NCBI GenBank assembly: GCA_040752415.1
Contig: JBFMGU010000102.1
Coordinates: forward strand, 1 to 35,743
Reading direction: 5' to 3'
DNA length: 35,743 bases
From: Myxococcota bacterium
GTDB taxonomy: Bacteria > Myxococcota > JACRCW01
The notes under the pieces: generated by a model
Told to the model about the DNA's origin: nothing
Seen by the model: only the letters and a program-made list of their open reading frames with translations
Database searches by the model: none
In this document: in pieces, positions 26,956-35,743 of the stretch
How the letters are laid out: each line of letters opens with the position of its first letter
How positions within the stretch are numbered: position 1 is the first letter of the stretch
Position numbers and translations under genes: made by a program

Positions 26956-29295
26956 TCAGCGGCCGTCGCACTCCAGCGTGCCGCAGGTCCACTGGCCGTT
27001 GATGCAACCAGAGCCCACGTAGGTGCACCCGTCGGGCGGAGCCGCGCAGTCGGGGACCGGGCCTTCACACGTCGAGCAGACGAGATCGCCGCAGGTCCAC
27101 GCCCCGTTCACGCATCCGCCGCCCACGTACTCGCAGCCGGGCGGGGGCGCCGCGCAATCCGGCACCGGGCCGGGACACACGCCGCAGTGCAGGTCGCCAC
27201 ACGTCCACGCGCCGTTGACGCAGCCGGCGCCCACGTATTCGCACCCGTCGGGCGGAGGCGCGCAGGCGGGCGGGTCTCCGTCGCACACCGCGCACACCAG
27301 CTGGCCACAGCTCCAGTTCCCATTCACGCAGCCGCCGTTCTCGTAGTGGCATCCGTCGGGCGGCGCGGCGCACGGCGGGAGCGGGCCGCTGCACACGTCA
27401 CAGACCAACGCGCCGCAGGTCCACTGCCCGTCGACACAACCCGCGCCGTCATGACGACACCCCTCGGGCGGCGCGGCGCAATCCGGCGGCGGACCGTCGC
27501 ACGCCTCACAGACCACGTGACCGCAGGTCCAGTGCCCGTCGACGCATCCCGCGCCGTCATAGAAGCACCCCGGCTCCGGCTCGGCGCACACCGGTTGATC
27601 GCCGGCACACACCTCACAGACCAGGTGACCGCAGGTCCACGCGCCGTTCACGCAACCCGCACCGTCGTAGAAACAGCCTTCCGGCGGCGCGGCGCAATCC
27701 GGGATGGGCCCGTCACAGTAGCCGCAGTGCAGCTCGCCGCACGTCCACACGCCGTCGACGCAACCGCCGCCCACGTACTCACAACCCGGCGGCGGCGCGG
27801 CGCAGGACACGGGCTCACCGGTGCACTCGTGGCAGACGAGGTCGCCGCAGGTCCACGCGCCGTTCACGCAACCACCGCCCACGTACCCACAACCCGGCGG
27901 CGGCGCGGCGCAATCGATGACGGGGCCAGGGCACACGTCACAGACGAGGTCACCACAGGTCCACTGTCCGTTCACGCAGCCGCCGTCGACGTAGTGGCAT
28001 CCTTCCGGCGGCGCGGCGCAGTCCACGGGCATCCCTTCGCACACGTCGCAGACGAGGTCACCGCAGGTCCACGCGCCATTCACGCAGCCGCCGCCCACGT
28101 AGTGACATCCCTCCGGCGGCGCGGCGCAGTCGGGGATGGGGCCGCTGCACACGTTGCAGTGGAGGTCGCCGCAGGTCCACTCCCCGTTGACGCAACCACC
28201 GCCCACGTACTCGCAGCCGTCGGGGGGAGCGGCGCAATCCACGGGAGGGCCGTCGCACGTCTCGCAGACCAGGTCACCGCAGGTCCACGTACCGTCGACA
28301 CAACCACCGCTGCGGTAGTTGCACCCCTCGGGCGGAGGAGCGCAGGGCGGCAGCTCACCGGTGCAGACGTTGCAGACGAGGTGGCCACACGTCCAGGCAC
28401 CATTCACGCAGCCGCCACCGTCGTAGAAGCAGCCCTCCGGCGGTGCCGCGCAATCCGGGATGGGACCGGAGCAATACTCGCAGCTCAGCTCGCCGCAGCT
28501 CCAGCGTCCCTCGACGCAACCTCCACCGACGTAGGTGCACCCCTCCGGCGGAGCCGCGCAGGCGGGCATCTCGCCGTTGCACACGTCGCAGACCAGGTGG
28601 CCGCAGGTCCACGCGCCGTTGACGCAACCCGCGTCGACGTAACGGCATCCCTCCGGCGGCGCGGCGCACCCGGGCATCTCGCCGCCACAGGTGTCACAGA
28701 CCACGTCGCCACAGGTCCACGCGCCGTTCACACACCCGCCGCCACGGTACTCACAACCCTCGCCCGCGGGCTCGCACGTCACCGGCTCGCCGGGACAGGT
28801 GGCGCAATGCAGGTCGCCGCAAGACCATTCCCCGTCGACACAACCGCCGCCCAGGTACTCGCATCCGTCGGGCGGCGCGGCGCAGTCGGGCGGGGTGCCG
28901 GTGCAGCTGTCGCAGATGAGCTGACCGCAGGTCCATTCTCCATTCACGCAACCCGCGCCCTCGTAGGTGCAGCCCGGCGGCGGCGCGGCGCAGTCGATCA
29001 CCGGACCATCACAGCCACCACCGGAGCTGGACGAGCTGGAGGACGAAGCTTCACCGCTGGAGCTGCCCGACGACGAGCCGGTGCCGCCGGAGCTGGACGT
29101 GCTGCCCACGCTGGAGGACTCTCCCGACGACGACGAGGACGTGCTCCCGCTCTCCCCCGACGACGAACTCGACGACGCCGCCGCACCACTGCTGCTGCTG
29201 GTCTCCTCCACCCCGGTGGTCCCGCTGCTGCCACACGCCGACGTCACCAACGCCGCCGCAACCATCCACCAACGCCAACCCGGCTCCATGCGCAT
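26956..29295 (-). CDS. Lipoprotein with a Ser-rich stalk and 19 tandem 36-aa six-cysteine repeats
   Basis: AGGAGGAGG RBS; lipobox LVTSAC; ~70-aa Ser/Gly linker; repeat consensus C-x-G-x3-(D)-CAAPP(E/D/P)GC-x-Y-x-GGGCV(N/D)G-x-WTCG-x-L-x-C-x2. Confidence 0.9.
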   Translation of the reverse strand: MRMEPGWRWWMVAAALVTSACGSSGTTGVEETSSSSGAAASSSSSSGESGSTSSSSSGESSSVGSTSSSGGTGSSSGSSSGEASSSSSSSSGGGCDGPVIDCAAPPPGCTYEGAGCVNGEWTCGQLICDSCTGTPPDCAAPPDGCEYLGGGCVDGEWSCGDLHCATCPGEPVTCEPAGEGCEYRGGGCVNGAWTCGDVVCDTCGGEMPGCAAPPEGCRYVDAGCVNGAWTCGHLVCDVCNGEMPACAAPPEGCTYVGGGCVEGRWSCGELSCEYCSGPIPDCAAPPEGCFYDGGGCVNGAWTCGHLVCNVCTGELPPCAPPPEGCNYRSGGCVDGTWTCGDLVCETCDGPPVDCAAPPDGCEYVGGGCVNGEWTCGDLHCNVCSGPIPDCAAPPEGCHYVGGGCVNGAWTCGDLVCDVCEGMPVDCAAPPEGCHYVDGGCVNGQWTCGDLVCDVCPGPVIDCAAPPPGCGYVGGGCVNGAWTCGDLVCHECTGEPVSCAAPPPGCEYVGGGCVDGVWTCGELHCGYCDGPIPDCAAPPEGCFYDGAGCVNGAWTCGHLVCEVCAGDQPVCAEPEPGCFYDGAGCVDGHWTCGHVVCEACDGPPPDCAAPPEGCRHDGAGCVDGQWTCGALVCDVCSGPLPPCAAPPDGCHYENGGCVNGNWSCGQLVCAVCDGDPPACAPPPDGCEYVGAGCVNGAWTCGDLHCGVCPGPVPDCAAPPPGCEYVGGGCVNGAWTCGDLVCSTCEGPVPDCAAPPDGCTYVGSGCINGQWTCGTLECDGR
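26959..29013 (-). repeat. Coding tandem repeat, 19 x 108 bp
   Basis: Counted from the translation: 19 units of 36 codons with no indels. Confidence 0.9.
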
Positions 29296-29410
29296 GCGCA
29301 CCCTCCTCCTGACAGAACGGAGGATAGCGGTTGCCCCGGCGCACATGAAGGTGTTGGCGGATGATCCGTGGCTGCGGACGCGCATCCGCTGCGTGGTCAT
29401 CCGATTCGAA

Positions 29411-30247
29411 TCAGCCGGTCAGGGCGAGCAGGTTCTTGACCTCGCGCACGCCGTAGACCGCGCGGGTCAGCTCTTCGGCCAGGTTCCTGCTCTCCAGGTC
29501 TGGCACGGTGCCACGCAGCGTGACGAAACCCTCGACCACGCCCACCTCGACATTGGACGCGTCGATCTCGGTGTGGTCGCTGAGCTCCTCGTGGACCTTC
29601 TGCTGGATGAACTCGTCGGTGGCGTCGCTGCGCAGGTGACGACGGGGAATGCGGTCCCTGACCACGGGTGGCTCCCAGGTGGGGCTGTTGGAGAGTCCGC
29701 TGCCGGTGTCGCCCATGCGTCCGTCGTCGACGCGATCCAGGCTGGCCTGCTCGAAGCTGAGCGGGTCGTTGGGGACGTGCTCCATGTCGTCGCGCAGGAA
29801 GCCGGCACGCCCGGAGCGGTCCATGCCCTGGTCATCCTCGCTGCGCCAGGTGCCCTCGCCCAGCTGCTGGCCATAGTTGTCCTGGTAGTCGAGCTTGCTG
29901 TCATACCCGCGCGGGTGGCGCCCACCGCCCACGAAGTCCACCTCGGGCTCGCCCGGCGGGATCACGCCCTCGTCCTCCAGGAGCTCCGCCTGCGCCACGC
30001 TCTCCTCGCGCTCGTCGGCGTCGTACTCCTCACCAAAGCGCTCCTGCTCGTCGTAGTCGGGGTCCAGGAGGATGCCGTCGGCGGGAACGCCAAGCTCGTC
30101 GGTGCGCATCCTGAGGTCATGCTCCTCGGTCCGGCGCTGCTCCACCAGGTCGCGGTGGAATTCCTCGTGCGGGCGGCCGCTGGACGGTGAGCCCACCTGG
30201 CGCGGGTCACGTCGTGGCGCTTCAGGGCCGGGAGCCTGGCTCTTCAT
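29411..30247 (-). CDS. Single C-terminal BON domain protein with a long acidic disordered N-terminus
   Basis: DEFIQQKVHEEL...IDASNVEVGVVEGFVTLRGTV...AVYGVREVKNLL; no signal peptide. GAGGT before ATG 30247. Confidence 0.85.
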   Translation of the reverse strand: MKSQAPGPEAPRRDPRQVGSPSSGRPHEEFHRDLVEQRRTEEHDLRMRTDELGVPADGILLDPDYDEQERFGEEYDADEREESVAQAELLEDEGVIPPGEPEVDFVGGGRHPRGYDSKLDYQDNYGQQLGEGTWRSEDDQGMDRSGRAGFLRDDMEHVPNDPLSFEQASLDRVDDGRMGDTGSGLSNSPTWEPPVVRDRIPRRHLRSDATDEFIQQKVHEELSDHTEIDASNVEVGVVEGFVTLRGTVPDLESRNLAEELTRAVYGVREVKNLLALTG

Positions 30248-30364
30248 GGCGCACCTCATCCCCCTCGCACGCGATGTGTCGAGCACATCCCCGTCATGCA
30301 AGTGGCGCGCGGCGCCAACGCGGACGGGAGCGCGGGGCGGTGCATCAGGCCGGGTTCAAGCAGG

Positions 30365-33300
30365 TCAATTTGGCGGCACCACGCTGCGCAGGTCCTCGGT
30401 GCAGGAATACGTGCGGTCAAACCAATCCTGGCTGAAGTCGGGATTGAGCGCGCTGGGCGGGATGTCCACCGTCTCCCCCCACAGGAGCACCGTGCCCTCC
30501 AGCTCGTTGCTGTGGCCGCTGTAGCTGCCGTTGAACGCGTTGACGGTGGCCTGCGGAATCTGCAGGTGGAACGTCTTGCCCTCGGAGAACAGCGTCACAT
30601 CCGCGTCCGTGAGCGTCACCGCGGAGAGCTGGGAGATGGGCGTGCTGACGTCGAAGACCCCGTGCTCGCTCTCGCGCTCTCCCAGCACGGGCTGGATGTT
30701 GGCGGTGATGGTGCCGGAGTGGATGGTGAGCTTGCGACGCGGGTCGGAGCGGCCGGGATCCACGTAGTAGATGCTGAGCTCAGCCGCCTCCACGTTGGAG
30801 AGCGTGACCTGCACCGCGTTGCGGTCGCGCGGGATGATGGAGTCAATGAAGAGCAGCTTGGTCTCCCGCTCACCGCGCACCGTGCGGGACGCATCCACCA
30901 CGGCCGTGCCACGCTGGTGGTAGCGCCCACCCAGGCAGTCCTCCTGCAGCACCTCGTCGGACTCGGACGCCAGCTCGCATTGGCTGATGTCCCAGGACAT
31001 GAGCCCCATCTCTCCCGGCTCCCCCTGGACCTCGGAAGGATTGATCAGCACGAAGGTGCTCTCGAAGCCGCAGTCGGAATCCAGGTTCACCCGACGCGCC
31101 ACCGTGCCCACCGTCTGCACCAGCAGTCGCGCGGCGCCCTCCGCCAGCGTGCGGGTCATGCTGCACTGCGCTTCCGTCTCGGCGAGCCGCATGTTGGGAA
31201 TGCATGCGTAGGAGGCGTTGAATGACGTCGGGTTGAAGTCCGGATTGAGCGCGTTGCCCTGGAGGGGGACGGTGTGGGTCTGCCCGTCGATGTCGACCGT
31301 GCCGGCGAGGAAGTTGGTGCGCCCGTCCGTGCTGCCGTTCACGGCGTCCAGGTTGGCGTCGGCCACGTGGAGGGAGAACGTCTTTCCGTCGCTGAAGAGC
31401 TGCACGTCGGAGTCGCTGAGCCGCACGTCCTGGAACTCGACCACGGGAGTGCTGATGGAGCACGCCCCGGTCAGCTGGTCCTGCGCGGTGCGCGGCTTGG
31501 CAACGCCGGTGAGGGTGGCTTGATGCATCGTGAGGTGACGTGTCTCGCTGTCGGTGATGCGGAAGTCGGCCAGCAGCGCGGTGAGGCGGACCTCGGCGGG
31601 GTCGCGGCTGGTGGGAACCACGGGCGTGGTGGGGTCCCCGGTGATGATGCCGCGCACGGTCTTGGTGCCCGTCACCACGGCGACGCCGGAGACGTAGGTG
31701 CGGGTGCCCAGGCAGTCCTGGTCCACGTCGGTGGGGACGTTGAAGCGCAGCGTGCACGGCTCGCTGATGTTGTAGACCACCATGCCGCCGCGCTCTCCCA
31801 CCGCGCCCTGGACGGAGACGGTCTCCAGGACGCGCGGGCTCATGAAGCCGCACGTGGTGTCGTCGGCAACCAGCCCCACCAGCTTGCCAAACGTCCCCAC
31901 CGTGAGCCGCCCCACGCCCTCCGCGAGCCGCGGGTTCAGGGAGCACGCCGCGTCGTTGTCGACGAGCTCGAGGTTGGGCGTGCATTCGTAGCTGGCGGTA
32001 AACGTCTCCTCCGCGTAGTCCGGGTCCAGCACCGTTCCCGAGGCTGCCATGGGCACGGCAATGCTCTGCCCGTCGACGACCATGGTGCCTTCCAGCCAGT
32101 TGGTGTGCTCGGTCCCGCTCCCGCTCTGCGCGTCCAGCGACGAGGAATTGACGTGCAGACCGATGCGCGAAGCTCCACTGTGGATGAGCAGGTCCGCGTT
32201 GGCGTAGGTGAGGTCGGTGAAGGAGACGACGGGCGTGCTGATGGAGCAGGCCCCGGTGGTGACGTCGCGACCCGTGCGCGGGCTCATGCTTCCGGCCAGG
32301 GTGCCGCGGAGGATCTGCAGGCCGCGGTCCAGGTCCACGCGCTTCATCGTGAAGTCATCAAACGTGGCCTGGATGGTGAGCGTGGCGGGGTCGCGGGTGA
32401 CGGGAACCACCGGGTCGGTGCTGCTGCCGGTGAGGATGCCACGCACGCTCTTGGTGCCGGTGACCGTGACGCGGCCCTGCACCACCGTCTCCGCGCCGAG
32501 GCAATCCGTGGCAATGGTGGTGGGCTCGGTGAGCTCCAGGGTGCACGGTTGACCGAGGGTGTAGATGGCTTCGCCGCCCGCCTTGCCCAGCGCTCCATCG
32601 GTGCGCACACCGGACTTCACTCCCGCGCTGGCAAATCCACACCGTGTGTCCTCGTTCACCATCGACACCAGCTTGCCAAAGGTGCTCACCGTCAGACGCG
32701 CACCCGCTTCCGCGAACCGCTCGGGCAGTGGAGCGCAGTCGTAGGTGGGCGGGAGCAACAGGTCTTCCTTGCAGGAGATCGACTTCACCGACGTGGCGGC
32801 GTCGTAGTCGGGGTCCAGCTGGTTGGTGTCCTCGGCGGTGGGGATGGAGACCTTGGCGTCCCAGACCTGGATGCTGCCGCCAATCCAGTTCTCCTTGTCG
32901 GCCCACTTGCCGGCCTGCGCGCTGTAGTCGGACGACGGGACGTCGACGGGAAACCGCCTTCCCTCGCTCTCCATCTCCACCGCGGCGTTGCGGTAGCGCA
33001 GTCCCTCCAGGGTGAAGTCCGCCGTCGAGATGGAACACACGCCGCGCGAAGCGCTCACGGCCAGGTGCGGCCTGCCGGTGAAAGCCAGCTCGCCGGTGGT
33101 GTTCTTCAGCGCGGTGTCCTTGCCGCTGATGCGGACCTCGTAGCCGTCGAACCTCGCCACGACGTCAAACGCAATCGCGTCCGGACCGTCGGGCACCACC
33201 GCGCTCTCGGGATTGCCGGTGAGGATGCCGCGCAGGCTCTTCACCGCATCCAGCGTGACCCTGCCCACCGCCTGGGTTTCCACGTCGTTGCAGTTGCGCG

Positions 33301-33577
33301 CAATGGTGTGCAGCTCCGGGAACTCGAACGTGCAACCGCTCACCTGCCAGCGCGCCACGCCGGGGCCTCCCACCTGTCCCTCGTCGACACGCGAGGCCAG
33401 CACCTGGGGACTCTTGAAGCCGCAGCGCGTGTCGGAGTCCAGCAGGGACACCAGTGTGGCGGCGTTGCGGACGGTGAGACGCGCCACGCCCATGCCCACG
33501 CGGTCCGGGAAGAGACGCTCCGGCTGACAGCCCCCCGTGACGACGCACAGCAGCAGCCCCCAACGCACCGCCCGCAT
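30365..33577 (-). CDS. Large lipoprotein made of four ~260-aa tandem domains of unknown family
   Basis: GGAGG before ATG 33577; lipobox VVTGGC. Repeats begin (A/G)RL(T/L)V..., with D..CGF.S, RGI.TG...PVVP, G.CSISTP, N.L.G and L(D/N)PD(Y/F)...S..C (some motifs diverged in unit 4). Confidence 0.85.
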   Translation of the reverse strand: MRAVRWGLLLCVVTGGCQPERLFPDRVGMGVARLTVRNAATLVSLLDSDTRCGFKSPQVLASRVDEGQVGGPGVARWQVSGCTFEFPELHTIARNCNDVETQAVGRVTLDAVKSLRGILTGNPESAVVPDGPDAIAFDVVARFDGYEVRISGKDTALKNTTGELAFTGRPHLAVSASRGVCSISTADFTLEGLRYRNAAVEMESEGRRFPVDVPSSDYSAQAGKWADKENWIGGSIQVWDAKVSIPTAEDTNQLDPDYDAATSVKSISCKEDLLLPPTYDCAPLPERFAEAGARLTVSTFGKLVSMVNEDTRCGFASAGVKSGVRTDGALGKAGGEAIYTLGQPCTLELTEPTTIATDCLGAETVVQGRVTVTGTKSVRGILTGSSTDPVVPVTRDPATLTIQATFDDFTMKRVDLDRGLQILRGTLAGSMSPRTGRDVTTGACSISTPVVSFTDLTYANADLLIHSGASRIGLHVNSSSLDAQSGSGTEHTNWLEGTMVVDGQSIAVPMAASGTVLDPDYAEETFTASYECTPNLELVDNDAACSLNPRLAEGVGRLTVGTFGKLVGLVADDTTCGFMSPRVLETVSVQGAVGERGGMVVYNISEPCTLRFNVPTDVDQDCLGTRTYVSGVAVVTGTKTVRGIITGDPTTPVVPTSRDPAEVRLTALLADFRITDSETRHLTMHQATLTGVAKPRTAQDQLTGACSISTPVVEFQDVRLSDSDVQLFSDGKTFSLHVADANLDAVNGSTDGRTNFLAGTVDIDGQTHTVPLQGNALNPDFNPTSFNASYACIPNMRLAETEAQCSMTRTLAEGAARLLVQTVGTVARRVNLDSDCGFESTFVLINPSEVQGEPGEMGLMSWDISQCELASESDEVLQEDCLGGRYHQRGTAVVDASRTVRGERETKLLFIDSIIPRDRNAVQVTLSNVEAAELSIYYVDPGRSDPRRKLTIHSGTITANIQPVLGERESEHGVFDVSTPISQLSAVTLTDADVTLFSEGKTFHLQIPQATVNAFNGSYSGHSNELEGTVLLWGETVDIPPSALNPDFSQDWFDRTYSCTEDLRSVVPPN

Positions 33578-33706
33578 CCACGACCTCCGCGACCACATCG
33601 TGACGCGAGCGTTGCCTACGCATTTCCAGGAGGCAAGCGCGAGCGACGAGAGCGGGCACGTTTCGAGACGTCCCACGGCGCGGTCGGCTACAACCCGCAC
33701 GTGGCC

Positions 33707-34360
33707 ATGCCTCCCACCATTCCCACCGACCTGCGGCAGCACCTGACGCGCGTCGTCGACGTGGAGGTGACGCCAGCGGTGACGTTGAAGGTGCGTGAGG
33801 TGCTCTACCAGCGTCGCCCGAACCACTGGTCACGCGTGTGGCCTTCCGCGCTCGCGTTGAGTCGCTGGCTGGTGGAGCAACCGCGTCTACCGGACCGCGC
33901 GCGGGAGCTGGGATGTGGCGTGGGGGTGGTGAGCCTGACGTTGGCCCGTCTCGGCGTGCAGGTGGAGGGGACGGATCGTGAGCCCCTTGCGCTTGCGTTC
34001 GCGCTGCGGAATGCGCGGGAGAACGACGTCACGGGACTCACCGTTCGCCACCTGGACTGGCGTGAGCCGGAGGGTGAGCCCAGTGATTTCATCGTCGCGT
34101 CGGACATCCTCTACGAGCCGGAGGCGCCCGCCCTGGTATTCCACGTGATTCACACCGCGGGCCTGTTGTCGTCGGGTGGACGGTTCATCCTGGCGGGACC
34201 GCGCGCGCGCCCGGTGCCGGTGCAGGAGTTCATCCGGCGCTTGCACGACGAGGGTTACACCCACCACGAGGAGCTGCGCAGCGTGGAATGGGAGGGACGC
34301 GTGGAGGAGATTGAGATCCACGAGCTGCAGCGTCCGACGTCACACACTGGCAAGCCGTGA
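33707..34360 (+). CDS. Class I SAM-dependent methyltransferase (Methyltransf_16 / protein-lysine methyltransferase-like)
   Basis: HWSRVWPSALALSRWL, RELGCGVG, TD, HLDW, IVASDILYE. Confidence 0.88.
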   Translation: MPPTIPTDLRQHLTRVVDVEVTPAVTLKVREVLYQRRPNHWSRVWPSALALSRWLVEQPRLPDRARELGCGVGVVSLTLARLGVQVEGTDREPLALAFALRNARENDVTGLTVRHLDWREPEGEPSDFIVASDILYEPEAPALVFHVIHTAGLLSSGGRFILAGPRARPVPVQEFIRRLHDEGYTHHEELRSVEWEGRVEEIEIHELQRPTSHTGKP

Positions 34361-35182
34361 CCGCCACGCCGCGGCCCGCGAGCGCAATGCCTCCAGACGC
34401 GCAGGCAGCATGTCGGCGTCGCCCAGCTCATGACGGGGCGCCACGCTCTCGCCGTGGAAGTCGCTGCCCGACGTGGGAATGAGGTCCAGCTCCCTGGAGA
34501 TGCGCAGCCAGCGTGCGTGCGAATGCCGCGGGTGATCCGGGTGGAAGACCTCCAACCCATCCATCCCGGCGGCGCGCAGCCTGGCAATGTGGTGCCGATC
34601 CATCTTCGACGACAGCGGGTGCGCCAGCGTGGCCGTTCCACCCGCGGCGTGGATGAGCTGGATGGCGCCGGCGGCGTCGAGGCGCTGGCTGTCGACGTAA
34701 CCGGGCCTGCCCTGGCCCAGGTAGCGACTGAACGCGTCCTGCATGTCGGTGCACCAGCCGCGCTCCACCAGCAGTCGCGCCAGGTGGGGACGACCCAGGT
34801 TCGCGCCGCGAGCGCGCTCCAGCACGTCCTCCATGCGGATGGGAATGCTCCGGGCGTTGAGCTGTTCCACCATGCGCGCCATGCGTTCCCGCCGCTCCCG
34901 ACGGAACGTCACGCAGTGCTCGCGCAGCGATGGGCAGGAGGTATCCAGGAAGTGTCCCAGGATGTGCACCTCGTGATGGCCCAGGCGCGCGGAGAGCTCA
35001 ATGCCCGCAATCACCTCCACGCCCAGCTTCTGACCCGTCTGCGTGGCCTCCTCCACACCGTCGACGGTGTCGTGATCGGTGATTGCCAGGCGGGTGACAC
35101 CGGCACGCGCGGCGCGGAGGAGCAGCTCGGCGGGAGCGAATTGGCCGTCGCTGGCGGTGGTGTGGGAATGCAGGTCGATCAT
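34340..35182 (-). CDS. PHP-domain phosphoesterase (TrpH/YciV-like)
   Basis: IDLHSHTTASDG, AITDHD, GIELS, VHILG, GRPHLA, LAHP, DGLEV.H, GSDFHG. Confidence 0.93.
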   Translation of the reverse strand: MIDLHSHTTASDGQFAPAELLLRAARAGVTRLAITDHDTVDGVEEATQTGQKLGVEVIAGIELSARLGHHEVHILGHFLDTSCPSLREHCVTFRRERRERMARMVEQLNARSIPIRMEDVLERARGANLGRPHLARLLVERGWCTDMQDAFSRYLGQGRPGYVDSQRLDAAGAIQLIHAAGGTATLAHPLSSKMDRHHIARLRAAGMDGLEVFHPDHPRHSHARWLRISRELDLIPTSGSDFHGESVAPRHELGDADMLPARLEALRSRAAAWRSRLASV

Positions 35183-35743
35183 GGGCGTGGGCAGGCGTCC
35201 TCTCGGGGTGTTCTAGCAATTGGTGGCGCGGGTCCCAACCGCGTCGCTCTTCGCGCGCGCATGCCCGTCACCCGGAGGCGGCGAACACCTGCCCCCCCAC
35301 GTTCAAGCCGTTGCGCCCGCTCGCCCCCCTTCCCCAGAACCGGTTTGCCGTCGTCACCCCCACGTGATCCGCATCGACGCATGGAAGCACCCGTTGGTGT
35401 CACCGGCCGCCAAGGCCGCAGCTGGAAAAGCACCAAGCCCTGCCCTCGTGGACCACTTTTCACGACGTCATCGTCGGCAGGCCTCTACCTTGGTGGCGGT
35501 AGGGGAGGTGGTTTGCGAAATGTGGGTTGGGTGCGGCTCAATTGTGACGACGCTCTTGGCCCCCGCCAATGAGATTGGCAGGCATCAGGAATGGGTACGT
35601 CCTCTCATTTCTGGGCGCGAGGCGCGTTTCGCAGGCATCATAGGGAGGTGACGTCCGCCCTGCCGATTCGCCGCATGTTTGGCTGGACCTGTGCAGCCAT
35701 GTTGATCTTCGACGTGGGCACAGGCGGAGAATTGAGGTGGCGT

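Noticed and set aside
26959..29013. Possible CRISPR array or multihaem cytochrome
   Set aside because: The repeats are in-frame 108-bp coding units with synonymous variation and no repeat-spacer structure; there is no CxxCH.
26860..29364. 834-aa Ala/Arg-rich repetitive plus-strand ORF
   Set aside because: Antisense of the Cys-repeat lipoprotein, which has the RBS, lipobox and conserved Cys/Trp.
31274..33706. Long N-terminal extension of the methyltransferase ORF (1028 aa)
   Set aside because: Antisense to the four-repeat lipoprotein; only the part from about 33707 has methyltransferase motifs.
35648..35743. Open frame running off the right edge (GTG 35648 / ATG 35675 / ATG 35699)
   Set aside because: Too short to evaluate, no recognisable motif, and poor RBS spacing.

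Overview
High-GC (about 70% by eye) bacterial chromosomal window. The abundant Cys-rich and Ser-linker lipoproteins, the PHM-type copper monooxygenase and the sigma-54 regulation suggest Myxococcota or a related deltaproteobacterial lineage (inference). It holds about 30 protein-coding genes; I found no rRNA, tRNA, CRISPR array, transposase or integrase. Main blocks: (1) a translationally coupled VTC-domain polyphosphate polymerase / DUF4956 membrane protein / HlyD-beta-propeller fusion operon; (2) a probable nitrosative-stress module with hemerythrin, ric, a sigma-54 activator carrying only a short CxxC N-terminus, and a His-rich cytochrome c', with two sigma-54 promoter matches; (3) a PG-binding lysozyme-family gene divergent from an atypical MurA (Cys115->Asp, Lys22->Ser) plus an Sfp-type PPTase; (4) tetR-lon with a shared operator-like motif; (5) BON proteins, a MenA-like prenyltransferase, a YdjM-like hydrolase, a haem-c/PHM monooxygenase, a RuvC-fold protein, a methyltransferase and a PHP phosphoesterase; (6) large lipoproteins, including a 19 x 36-aa six-Cys repeat protein and a 4 x ~260-aa repeat protein. 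Nearly every long intergenic region folds back into a long inverted-repeat (REPIN-like) hairpin, and two of these share a CCTGGAGTGCGG...CCGCCCTGG core. All family assignments come from motif recognition by eye, not database searches.
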